In this document: one piece after another, positions 11,222-22,138 of the stretch
Layout of the letters: every line of letters begins with the position of its first letter
Position numbering within the stretch: the stretch's first letter is position 1
DNA from: Folioceros fuciformis
Lineage: Eukaryota
DNA length: 64,000 nt
Reading direction: 5' to 3'
NCBI GenBank assembly: GCA_049999805.1
Contig: JBNGIO010006220.1
Location: 84,582 to 148,581, forward strand
Position numbers and translations under genes: made by a program
Notes under the pieces: generated by a model
Told to the model about the DNA's origin: nothing
Database searches by the model: none
The model's input: only the letters and a program-made list of their open reading frames with translations

Positions 11222-13714
11222 ATGGGGAGAAGGCTTTTCCTATGTTTAAGAGCTCTGAAACTTTGCAGGTTGACAAAGCATGGAGAGACGATAGAGATAG
11301 GGTCTTGGAGGAAGCTATGTGATGACGGGCAGCTTAGTAAGGCATGCAGTGTACTCCACCCCTTGGTCCATCAAGGTACTCTACTTTCGAAAAGCATCTT
11401 TCAGACCCTTCTGAAGGCATGTGCTGCCAAGAGAGATTTGGCCGCTGTGAGATGTGTTCATGCTCTTATCTCTCGAAGTGGGTACGATTCAGATCCGACT
11501 CTCGCGGACCACATGATCCGCATGTACAGTGCTAATGGATGTTTGTCGGAAGCTGTGCAATTATTCAGTAAATCAAGTGTGCGAAATACATCTATGTGGG
11601 GGTCGATCATTTCAGCATATGTTGAACATGGACAACCTGGGCTGGCTCTAGGGCTTTACGCCCAAATGCAGGAATTTGCCCTGAAGGCAGATAACTATGT
11701 GTTCGTGGCAGCTTTGAAGGCTTGTGCTAGAGCAGCGGATTTGGCATCTGGGAGGCAGGTCCACGCTCATATTAGGGAACGCTTGGTGAAGCCCAATGTA
11801 TTTGTTGGAAATGCCTTGGTAGACATGTATTCAAAATGTGGGAGCTTGCTCGAAGCTCGTACAGTGTTTGACAGCTTGGTTGAAAGAGATGTGGTGACCT
11901 GGAACGCAATGATCGCAGGATATGTTCAAAATGGACAGGGTAAGGAAGCCCTGAGTCTCTATTCAATGATGCGAAAGGACGGCATGGCTCTACCATCTTG
12001 CATAACTTTTGTGTGCCTACTAAAAGCATGTGCGAGCTTAGGGGCCCTCCATGAGGGAAAGCAGCTACACAGTGAAATTAGGGGCAGAGGGCTTGAAGCT
12101 TATGTTGGGAGCAGCTTGGTGGATATGTACGCAAAATGCGGAAGCCCGGAGGAGGCCCGCAGAGTGTTTGACAGATTGCCCACGAAGGATGTGGTGACAT
12201 GGAATGCAATGATAGGGGGATATGCCCAGCGTGGGCTAGCGGGAGAAGCACTTGATCTGTATTTGGGTATGCAGAGGTATCGCATAGCAGCAGCCAGCAA
12301 AGTCACCTATCTGTGCCTTCTGAAGGCATGCTCCAACATTGGAGCCATGAGAATAGGCAAGCTTATTCATAGTGAGATTCGCGAGAGGGGGTTGGAGACA
12401 GACTTTGTTGTTGGTAATAGCTTAATAGACATGTATGCAAAATGTGGCAGTCTTGGAGATGCTCGACAAGTATTTGACAACTTAGCTACAAGGGATAATG
12501 TGAGTTGGACTGCCCTGATTGCAGGATATGCTCAGCATGGTCTTGGTCAGGAAGCCCTTGATCTGTATGCAAGTATGTGTAACGAAAGGGTTGGTCCACC
12601 TGATGCCAGGACTTTTGTGTGCCTCTTGAAAGCATGTGGAAGTGTGGGAGCCGTTAGCACAGGGAAGCACATCCACACTGAAATCTTGGAACGGGGGATG
12701 GAAGCTCAAACGTTTTTGGGAAATACTTTGGTGGACATGTATGTGAGGTGTGGGAGAGTGGAAGATGCCCGCCTCGTGTTCGAAAGAATGCCGAACAGAG
12801 ATGTGGTGTCGTGGAATGCACTGTTGAATGGCTACAGCCAGCATAATGATTGTCAAATGGCCATGCAGTGTTTCCAAGACATGCAGCAGGAAGGAGTGAA
12901 GCCCAACGATGCCACCTTCATCGGTCTTCTGAAGGCGTGCAGTCACGAGGGCATGGTTGATGAGGGGCATTATTACTTCAGACTGATGATGGATGAGCAT
13001 GCCATCACACCGACAGCGGCTCACAATAGTTGCATGGTGGATCTCCTCGGGCGTGCTGGCCACCTTGATGAAGCTGAAAGAATTTTGCAAAGTCTACCTT
13101 TGGGAGGGGACGCTGTGGGGTGGAGGTCTCTGCTGAGCTGCTGCAAAACCCATGGTGATGCTGTGCGTGGAAGGCGATGTTTTGAACGTGTGGTTAGTTT
13201 AGAGCCTGATGAAGCTGCTGCTTACGTGCTCATGTCGGGTATTTATGCAAACGCCGGAAGCTGGGCTGATGTGGAAAGAGTAGAGACGATGAGAAGATGT
13301 GCAGGTGCTGTGAAGAAGCCCGCAAGGACCTGGATCGAAGTGAAGAGCAAAGTCCATGAGTTTGTTGTGGGGGGCGAACGGGCCGATGTTTCATCCAAAC
13401 TCCGGAGTGTGAATGTGAGATTGAATAAGGAAGGGCATATACCCCAAACAGAGCTGGTGCTGAAGCAAATGTCGGACAAGGAAAAGGAGGATGCATTGTG
13501 TGGACACGCGGAGAAACTGGCCCTGGCATACGGCCTCCTCAACACTCCAGAGGGCACCACTCTCCTGGTGACAAAGAATCTGCGGATGTGCAATGACTGC
13601 CACAGTGGCACCAAAATTCTGTCGAGCGTAGAGAGGCGTGAGATCATCGTGAGAGATGCCCACCGAGTTCATCACTTCAGCAACGGCTTCTGCTCCTGCG
13701 GGGACTCACACTGA
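11222..13714 (+). CDS. PLS-class PPR RNA editing factor with E1/E2 and a DYW:KP-type (DRH-like) deaminase domain
   Basis: Intronless 830 aa ORF with about 17 P/L/S motifs, then KKPARTWIEV, LCGHAEKLA, NLRMCNDCH and terminal CSCGDSH. Confidence 0.93.
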   Translation: MGRRLFLCLRALKLCRLTKHGETIEIGSWRKLCDDGQLSKACSVLHPLVHQGTLLSKSIFQTLLKACAAKRDLAAVRCVHALISRSGYDSDPTLADHMIRMYSANGCLSEAVQLFSKSSVRNTSMWGSIISAYVEHGQPGLALGLYAQMQEFALKADNYVFVAALKACARAADLASGRQVHAHIRERLVKPNVFVGNALVDMYSKCGSLLEARTVFDSLVERDVVTWNAMIAGYVQNGQGKEALSLYSMMRKDGMALPSCITFVCLLKACASLGALHEGKQLHSEIRGRGLEAYVGSSLVDMYAKCGSPEEARRVFDRLPTKDVVTWNAMIGGYAQRGLAGEALDLYLGMQRYRIAAASKVTYLCLLKACSNIGAMRIGKLIHSEIRERGLETDFVVGNSLIDMYAKCGSLGDARQVFDNLATRDNVSWTALIAGYAQHGLGQEALDLYASMCNERVGPPDARTFVCLLKACGSVGAVSTGKHIHTEILERGMEAQTFLGNTLVDMYVRCGRVEDARLVFERMPNRDVVSWNALLNGYSQHNDCQMAMQCFQDMQQEGVKPNDATFIGLLKACSHEGMVDEGHYYFRLMMDEHAITPTAAHNSCMVDLLGRAGHLDEAERILQSLPLGGDAVGWRSLLSCCKTHGDAVRGRRCFERVVSLEPDEAAAYVLMSGIYANAGSWADVERVETMRRCAGAVKKPARTWIEVKSKVHEFVVGGERADVSSKLRSVNVRLNKEGHIPQTELVLKQMSDKEKEDALCGHAEKLALAYGLLNTPEGTTLLVTKNLRMCNDCHSGTKILSSVERREIIVRDAHRVHHFSNGFCSCGDSH

Positions 13715-14757
13715 CACAAGTCCCAGATGTGCGCCCTGAGGCAGCCAGAGCTGCTACTGTTGTCGTTTTTGGTTCCTGCCGTGTAAGTTGGGGCGCCAGC
13801 ACCAGTTGGACAAGTAAAGGAGAGGTAGAAGATGGGACAGGTGCCTGATAGCAGCCGTCTCTTCTGCTGTCGAAGTCCGAGTGTGTTTGAGTTTGACCGT
13901 CGGGACGTTTTCTTCACTTGGCAAGGTCTGAAGGGAAGTGCATTACAAATTGCGTCAGCTGCAGCTGGGACGGGGCGAACGGCCCTGGACGCGGCCAGGC
14001 ACGCTGCGCTGCATTGCACTGCAGGTGCAGTCGATGACGACCGGGCCAAAAGCATCCGTGACACAACGAATGCGCAGATTAAGCAACTACAGCTGTTGCT
14101 AGCACTGTACCTGATGAAGAGTTGGTGCTGATCCACGGCAATGTGTGCAACAACCAATGAAAGAGATGCGTACCCAGTCTAGTGGCAGCGTGAAGGGTAC
14201 AGGTTTGCAGACCCCAAATTCAGCTTTGCTGCTTCTGTTTCCTGCTTCGTGCTTACGAAATTTTGTATTGCACCGGATGGACGAGGTAGAAAGTGATGCC
14301 TCCTGCTCCCGTCCAGCAGCCGCGGCAGTCCCCAGCAGACCCGTCTACGTACATAGTCTGGTGCCTATCCCAGCATGCATTTCATTGAAAATTCACAAAG
14401 CAGAGATGTCAGATACCGAGGAAAATAAAGAAGTGCGGCGGTCGGAGGAAATGGCGGTTGGGCGTGGGCCTGCCACCCGGATCGGGCGGGCTACTGACAC
14501 CACTGCACTGACGCCGCAGGCCAGGCCACAGAGGCAGGGGCAGCAGCAACATCTCATCAGGTGATGCGGACGCCACTTCCCGAGAACCGGCCTCGTTTGC
14601 CGCTAGCTTTCCCTGCAAACCGCGGGTGCAAAGATTGTTGATCTTTGTTCCATTTCCGTCGGACGTTCATTATTGCCCGCATCCCGCGGTAAGATGCATG
14701 CATGTGTAGCAAGGTAATATTTAATTAGTATTTGCTTTCGGACACATGATAGTGCCT

Positions 14758-14830
14758 TCCGTTGTAGTCTAGACGGTTAGGATACTCGGCTCTCACCCGA
14801 GTGACCCGGGTTCGAGTCCCGGCAACGGAA
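14758..14830 (+). tRNA. tRNA-Glu(CTC)
   Basis: Acceptor stem TCCGTTG/CAACGGA, anticodon arm CTCGG-CTCTCAC-CCGAG, T-loop GGTTCGAGTCC. AT-rich sequence upstream and a TTTT run about 15 nt downstream. Confidence 0.96.
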
Positions 14831-17737
14831 AGCGAGAAGTACATTTTATATTGGCTCTTGTGAAAATAAGTTTGATAGTGATTAAATATGAATGAAAGTG
14901 CCGGCAAATAACTGTGGGTAGAGGCACAGCTCAACGGCAGGGAATGAGAGTGATGAGTGAGAGGCAGGGAGACTGGCTCCGGCAGCAGCAGCAGGGGATG
15001 ATGATGGCTGTACCGGCCCAGCTTAATTAACGACGGCACGGGAGACGGACAGCTCGGTCGTACCGACTACAGGCCCTACCCCAACCCCCGAGGGAGTAGT
15101 TACTCTCCACTCCCTGCGTTAATTAGGAGTTCTGGTCCGTGCTCCGTGTGTGTGCCGTGTATGCTACCCGGGGACTGGACGGGACGGGACTGGACTGGAC
15201 TGGACGTGAAGCCTGACCGGGCCGCTGGAGGGTACGGCAAGCGTGGCAGGCAGCGCGGGCCACGTGAAGACCCACGTCCCACGGTCCACCCATGTCATGC
15301 CATCACTCTTGGAGGGGACGAGACGGGACGGAACAGGAGTCGGAGACATCTCGCCACGCCCCACTCTTCCATCTATGTACATCCCCGTTCCCGTGCCATC
15401 ATAAAAATAAGCACGCGCGTCTGACGCGTCCCAGCTTACGTACCATATCTCGTTGCCCTCTTTCTACTCACGCCACGCTCCTCTCCTCGGCTTACTACAT
15501 ACATATCTCGTTGTCCTCTCTCCTCTTCCTCCTCTCTTTTAACTTTCTTAAAAAATATATATATACCATACAATATAAGTATATATTGATAAGCTCTACC
15601 AGATTGTGAACTCTCTAGTTATCTTTTCCTCAACATACAGATCTTGCCGGCATAATATTGCGAGACAACATGACCTGCTAGCTTGGCTTATCTATAGGGT
15701 TGGACTACTTTTCTTTCAGGCCTCCTATCCTCCTGCCTTCATGACCAAGGTGTGGAAGGTCGTCTCCACTTCAAAGATGGAAGACTCCCATCTCTTCTAC
15801 AATAAAATATTTATTTCATATTTTTCAAGGAAAAAAACTCATACCAATCTTCAAAGTTATGGTTATGATCAAGGATATGTGTAGAATGTATATATACAAT
15901 ACTTGAAATACTTTGCTAAGTAGGTAATCTCGATATTGTTCTCAAATATTCTAGAATATTTTTTGCACCGTTTCACATCTTTTAATATTTTACCGAAAAA
16001 AACGATATAAAAATCCTGATAAAATAATACACGTGTAAGAAAAACATGAGAGAGAGGTGATGTCAAGTGGTGTGGATCGTGAGAAGTTGCAACCGTAGCG
16101 AGCAGGAGGAGGAGGAGGGAGTGAAGAAGTGGGGGAGCGGGGCTGCTGGCATCATGGAACCAGAACCCAGCGAATTGGGGCCCGCCACAATTCCGATTCG
16201 CGCCACGCCACAGATCCAGTTCCCACGTCAGCCCTATCGGGGAGCGCCGCCTTTGCGCAGCCGCAAAGCAAGCGACAAAATAGTGGCGTTTGAAACCGGC
16301 GCAGGCTGGGAGCGGGATGGGCCATGGAGAATGGAAAGTGGACAGTGGACATGGCCAACATGGATGTATGTATGTAATGTTATGTAGATGCATATGGGTG
16401 AGGAGAGTGGGACAGGGCTGCGGGTGGGCCCCGCGCCGGCAGATCCGCAATATCCATATTTAATTATGTACTAGGCTGCCGAAATTACAAAGGCGATTAC
16501 AAATGCAATTGGTGGAGCGGAGGGCGGGGTCGATCGGTGACGTGGCTGCCGAACCCATTGGACCAGCGCCGTGTCTGGGGATTCCGCCCCCCCCTGGTTA
16601 CCGCCACCCGCTCTCGGGTTACCACCCTCCCGCCTTTAAGCAATTTTAAAGCCCTTTTTACCCCGGCCGTGCCCTACAAAGCGTACAATTACGCTTACGC
16701 CGCAGAGAGAGAGAGGGGAGAGAGAGAGCGTAAGAAGAGAGAGGAGAGAGGCGCGCGTCAGAAGAGGGACGGGACGGGACGGGACGGGCCAGCAGCAGTG
16801 CAGTGGAGAGCCAGCCAGCACAAGGAAGCGAGCCCCGCAGAAGACGAGGCACAAGCAAGACGACGGAGAGTGTGGAGCCTGCCGACCACCTGCGAGCGCA
16901 GAGCAGAGAGTAGCAGTAGCGGAGGTGGGCTGAGGGGGAGGAGAGGAGAGGAGAGGAGAGGAGAGGAGAGGAGAAGAGAAGAGGTGAAGAGAAGGGAAGA
17001 CAAGAGAAGAGAGCATAGGAGTGTGAGCAGTGCACGCACAGGCAGTGGCAGTGGCACACACCAGCGCAGCCGGGTGAAGGGCCGAAGCCCAGGGGATCGA
17101 TCGCTTGCTCGCTTCTGCGCTCGCCTCGCCCGCCCGACCTGCTTTCTCTCTCGCTCGTCTGGTGGCTGGGGAGGAGGGACGCTGGGAGTTTGGCTTGGCA
17201 TTGCAGTAATTGGGGGCACGGAGCCAAGAACGCGCTGCCAAATTGCCGAGGTTGTGCCGGGGGGCGGGATCTGGACGGCTCCAATTCCGGGGACTCCACG
17301 CCCAATTCTTGAACCTGCGGGAGGACGAATTGCAGGCCTGCGCCCAGGAATTGGGCTGCGCGGATCTTGCGTGCGGGCTGGATCGTTGACGGAGGCTGGT
17401 GCTGCATTCTTGAAATTGGTGGGAGCGGAGCTGCTGTGTGGGCGGAGGGGAGGGGGCAGTGGGGGGGGGGGGGAGAGAGGGGAGACGGGAGTCTTGGGAG
17501 TTGCGCATTTCCCGCCCGTTGCTGTCACGGGATCTTGCCCGCGTTGCTGCTGCTGGTCTGGTTCTTTGAGTCGCTTGGTGTGGGGACTGGCAAATTGAGG
17601 AGCTCGGGAGTGCAGGAGGCTTGTGCGCTGGATCTGAGGTGCCTGGTCCTTGCTTTGTTGGATTCGAAGGTGGGGAAGAGGGGTTGTGTGTCCGCGGTTG
17701 CGGATCCGCGGGACTCGTTTTCGGAAGTGCTCTACGT

Positions 17738-17752
17738 ATGATCCAGAATTGA
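17738..17752 (+). promoter_or_regulatory. Four-codon uORF (MIQN*) just upstream of the PHD-SAP30 start codon
   Basis: ATG ATC CAG AAT TGA ends 6 nt before ATG 17759. Confidence 0.5.
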
Positions 17753-17758
17753 GTGCCA

Positions 17759-20201
17759 ATGCTCACGTCGCAGTTGTGCTCGAATCCGCACTGCAAGCGA
17801 ACATCTCCTGGAGATGGACCGTAAGTTCCCTTGCTCTGCGTCCGCCCGGGTCTGCCGGCCTCTTGTCCCCTAAAGTCAAGTCCAAGTCAAATTCCCCTTT
17901 TCTTGAGAGGAGAGCTTTGTTTGCTGCCCACCTCAGGCCTTCCCCTTCCCATCTCATGTCACTTACGCCTCTTCCATGTCCCAGCTATCTGGTCTGTGAG
18001 GTGGGTGTGGTAGTGAGCCACTTTTGTGATTTTGTGCCGTCCTAGGATGGCTTGGCAAGAATGCTAGCGGCCTTCCCCTCGAAATGCCTGCCTACCGGGG
18101 AATTGCGGGAAATGTGAATCCGCCATGGCCGTGCCCTCCTTTTCTGCGATCGTCCGCTCGTCGCCAATGTCTGGGACTTCTGCTGCTGTCCGATAATGTC
18201 AGGGAAGCGCTGAGCTGAGCTGAACTGAACTGCACCCCGCTTGTGGTTTGCGAGCAGCGCGCTTGTTGTCGTGCTGGGGTCCCCGGATGTGAAAGAACGA
18301 TCGATTTGTCTTCCCATTACTCCTTGCTCTGAGCCTCCCTTTATGCCTGAACTCGTAGCGATCTATCCACAGGCAAGATTGGGGACGTTTCCGGCAAAAG
18401 CAGACCGGGCAGAGGAAAATTTGAGTCCCAGTCCCAAAGATGGTTGAGTAACATTCATCGGCCTGGCTTCCTGTGGAGATGAACAGCACTTGCTATCGGA
18501 ACTTGCTACTGGATACCGTGTCCAGATTCCGGGTCGCTCTTTCTTGGGTTATCGCTTCCTTTCCTCTTCCTTGTCGTCCCTGGCTGTGGATCCCATCTGT
18601 CGTGGTTGATTGCGCTGTTTGTCCTTGGAATGGGGCGCCTGGTTGGAATCCGTGGATCTGACGGCAGGTAATGGTGTTTGCAGGACGTGCCGGTGGCACG
18701 TGCGGAATTATGGGACTGATGAGGAACCCAAGTTCGTCACTCTGTGCAATGCTTGCAAGATCAATTTTGATCAGGTGAGTGGATTTTTGGGTCTTGAGAT
18801 CTCAGCTATGGGGCCTTCCTTCCGATGCTCACGGATCGCGCTTCGATTCCTTGTGCAGGGGAAGTATTGCCCGTTCTGCGTGCAAATCTATCGCGAAAAA
18901 GATCCCGACAGCTTTGACGGGAAAGAGGTGGGTACCGCACCGCCTGGGCTCCATGTTAGAAGTTAGCGCTGGATTTGTGTAGTTTGGCTTGGTTGATGCA
19001 TCTTGGAAGTTCCCCCCTAGGAGGAGGAGGTGCAACGCAGGAACAGGATCAGGAACAGTATGTCACCTTCGTTTTGTGCGTGTGCTTGAAAACAGTGGGT
19101 GGGGTGTGATAATCGCACCTGCCGCCGATGGGTGCACGTTGATTGCGAGGTCACAGCTGGAAATGAAGTAGATTCCACGGCATTCTATCTTTGTCCTAGC
19201 TGCAGGGAGGTGAGTAGATGCTTGGCAGCCCAGTTGATGCCAATTTTGCGCGGCTTTGCGAGAGGCGTTGCTGTATGTGTGTTTTTGTGGTGGATGGCGT
19301 AGAGTGCTCAGGAGTTAGGGGAGCGAAAACGTCCCGGTCGTCCATCAGCCCACGAGCACTCAGGAGATGCCATGGTGAGTCCCTTGCTTGTGCCCTGGAT
19401 GATGTGACTTGATGATGGTGGGGAGCTGTTGGTCCTAGAGAAGGAAGGCAGTCGCTAAAACGTGAGTGTTGCACCGTTGCAGGACGTGGAGCACAAGCCT
19501 AAGGTGCAGTTGCCTCTGAGAAGCACAAGGAGGCTGTTGGTTGATCTCTCCAAGTTGGAGGTGAGGCGGACTGGAATGGATGCGGATGCACAGACGGAAG
19601 ATTTGGATGAAATGAGAGTTTGTGTGTTTGTGGGCGCGCGGGCGCCATGGCTATAGCGCTCAGGGTTTTGATGTGTACGGGGTGTTGGTATGTGTAGACA
19701 TCATCATTGAAGCGTTATCGGCGTGCATACAATCTGAGAGAAGTTGGTAGCGGGTGCAAAGTAAGCGGTTCGAACCCCCTTTTCTACCTTGCCTGGCAAG
19801 CACTTTCCCTGTCCTGCCGAATGTTCTGGAAGCTTGGTGAGCGGAGGGCGGACCGACCCGGTCCTACGGTTTACTTACAGACTTGGTAATTTGTTTTGTT
19901 GTCCGTGGGTTTCAGGAGGAGCTGGTTCCAGTTGTGGCTCGTCACTTCGCCGCCCAGGTAGGTGGTGGTTGATTTTGTGCTGATGTATATGAGGGTAGGA
20001 CGTAAGGGAAAGGTTGGGGGGGGGGATAAGTCAACCAGCCAGGCCCTGGACGGAGTCAGTTCGGCTGACGTTACCCTACTTGCGCAGGTGGTTGAGGAGA
20101 ACGAGACGTTGCTCACCTTCACTTACTTTTTGAAGAAGCAGCAGAATTTTGGAGCGTCCAACATCGCTCAGCATCGAGTTGCCCGCACTGTAGCCAAGTA
20201 G
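17759..20201 (+). CDS. 231 aa protein with an N-terminal Cys-rich/PHD-type zinc finger and a C-terminal SAP30 Sin3-binding domain (9 exons)
   Basis: Exons 17759-17820, 18684-18774, 18859-18927, 19096-19209, 19312-19374, 19483-19560, 19698-19760, 19916-19957 and 20088-20201 join in frame (696 nt) with GT-AG boundaries. Motifs CSNPHC, LCNAC, YCPFC, WVGCDNRTCRRWVHVDC, YLCPSC and VDLSKLETSSLKRYRRAYNL...EELVPVVARHF...EENETLLTF. Confidence 0.82.
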
Positions 20202-22096
20202 AGGAGGTGTGGCTGCTGTGCTCTCTCGTTCTCTGTTACTCAGCTCCCTTGCGTCTCTGTTGCTCTCTCGTTCCTGTGCTGCCCTGGCCTGGCCTGGCCC
20301 TGGCTCTGTCCCCTTGTAGCAGCAGCAGCAGATGCAGCAGCGGAGGAAAGCACAGCAAAGGAAAGGGAAGTAGTGGACATGGGAGAAATTTTGGCGTGGC
20401 CCTAGGTCTGTAGCGTAGGCCTTAGGTAGGCCGGCCTGCCCAGCCTTAGCCTTATTCCGATTCAGTTTTGTGTACAGTGGTGTCCTTGAATCGGGCATGG
20501 CATGGCCCGGCCTGGGCTGGCCTGGCCTGGCCTGGTGTGGTCTGGCCTGGCAATCACACAAGAGACAAGGCACTACTTGAGTCCCATGTTCCGAATCCTT
20601 GCCCCACTCGGACACGTTACGTTACCTTAGATGCGATGTGTACATTACCCCCACCCTATGTTAGCCACTGACTCTTATGTAGGTAGTTACTACGTATTTA
20701 TGAATTTTGTTACGACGGAAGAAAGAGGTTGCAGGGTGCTGGGCCGGCGGCAACGAGAGTGAGAGAGATGACGCATGTTTCCTTCATCCCGATGACTGGT
20801 CGCCGCCAGGCGCCCAGCGTTATCTCGTGCACTGCAGAGCACTGCTCTGCCCTGCCGTGGCGTGGCGTGGCGTGGCCTGGTCTGGCCTGGCCTGCCATGG
20901 CTCGGTGGCCGCTTATCAGACTGCGTATAGTGCGCGTCGCAGAGCGTGCAAGGTTGGTGTGTAAAATGGGACAATCCTGGTCTGATCTGGGTTGTGGGTT
21001 CTCTCTGGGTTGGGGCATTGGAGTACGGTAGATAGAGGAGGAGGGCGAGGAAAAGGGGAAGGCGCTCGCTGGGTGAGATTCGGGAACAAGCCCGTTTTGG
21101 GGTGTCACACGGCTATGGTGGTGAGCGACGTCATGCCATGTCTGGGGGCCCGTAGCCGGTGGTTGGAAATAACAGGGGAGTATGGATCGGATCATGGGTG
21201 CATGTTGTTGGCACAGTCGAGCTGCTCGCAGACAGATTTGCTGGGATTTTGCCGACAGGAGACCCGCATGTGCCTTCCTGCAGCTGCTGCTGTTGTTGCT
21301 GTTGTTGCAGTTGGCGCGGCCCGATTCGGGCCGCCTCCCGCCAGCAGCTCGGCTCCACTGCCCTGGGGGCTGCCGCTGCTCTGCCTCTGCGGCTGCCGCT
21401 GGCGCCCTCGCCCGCGCCCTCCTCCCCACAAAATCGCTTTACAGGGCCCGCGAATGTAGGGAAGCTGCCCTGCGGGTACTGTACATCCAGGCTGCATCCA
21501 CTTTCCTTTCACAGTCGTCCCGCATCCGCTTAGGTATGGGCATACGGTGCTCCTGGCCCGGCCCTGGGAGCGCTCTGCCCTTTGGACTGTCCTTGGCCCT
21601 GGCCCTGGCGCTGGTCCCCGGGGGGGGTTGTGGTTGTTGCTTTGCGCTTTTTCTTTAGGGTTCCCTCGGAACTGCTCTGTCAAAGGTAGTCAGGTCAGGT
21701 CAGGTCAGGCGCCTCCTGCACGTACTACGTGCAGCGTGAGCGAGTAAATGTGAGTATTGTACATGGGGAGTGGTGGGCGGAGCAGCCCCGGCACTGTGGG
21801 GCCTGGGAGCGGCCTGCCTTCTCACCTGTGACATGGATTAATACTCTGCCGCTCCGCTCAAACGGCGCTGAGCAGAGCGTACGATGCAATAATTCTCCTT
21901 CACTTACTAGTTGTTGGCGTAAGTACGACCCCATGATGCCAACTTGAAGTAGAGAGAGAGAAAGGGAGGCGCCACTTGCGTCATATCCCATTGCCTGTCA
22001 CCCACTTGCTGCTGCCATGGGGCTAACCCCTGCTTCGCCCCGCCCCGCCTGCTGTGCTGCCTCGTCTTATCTTTGTACTCCTACTCCACACACACG

Positions 22097-22138
22097 CATA
22101 CATACATACATACATACATACATACATACATACATACA
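22097..22138. repeat. (CATA)n microsatellite
   Basis: About 10 perfect tetranucleotide units. Confidence 0.9.

Noticed and set aside
13720-14620. Minus-strand spliced gene between the PPR and the tRNA
   Set aside because: Some splice-like signals are present, but no coherent or recognisable protein could be assembled.
16537-17796. Overlapping 250-390 aa ORFs on both strands
   Set aside because: Low-complexity GA/GC-rich sequence with few stops, mostly non-ATG starts and no domains. Better explained as a 5' leader.
18670-18760. GATA-type zinc finger (CRTC-x18-CNAC)
   Set aside because: The first Cys codon lies in the intron acceptor (tgcag). The spliced protein supplies CSNPHC instead.
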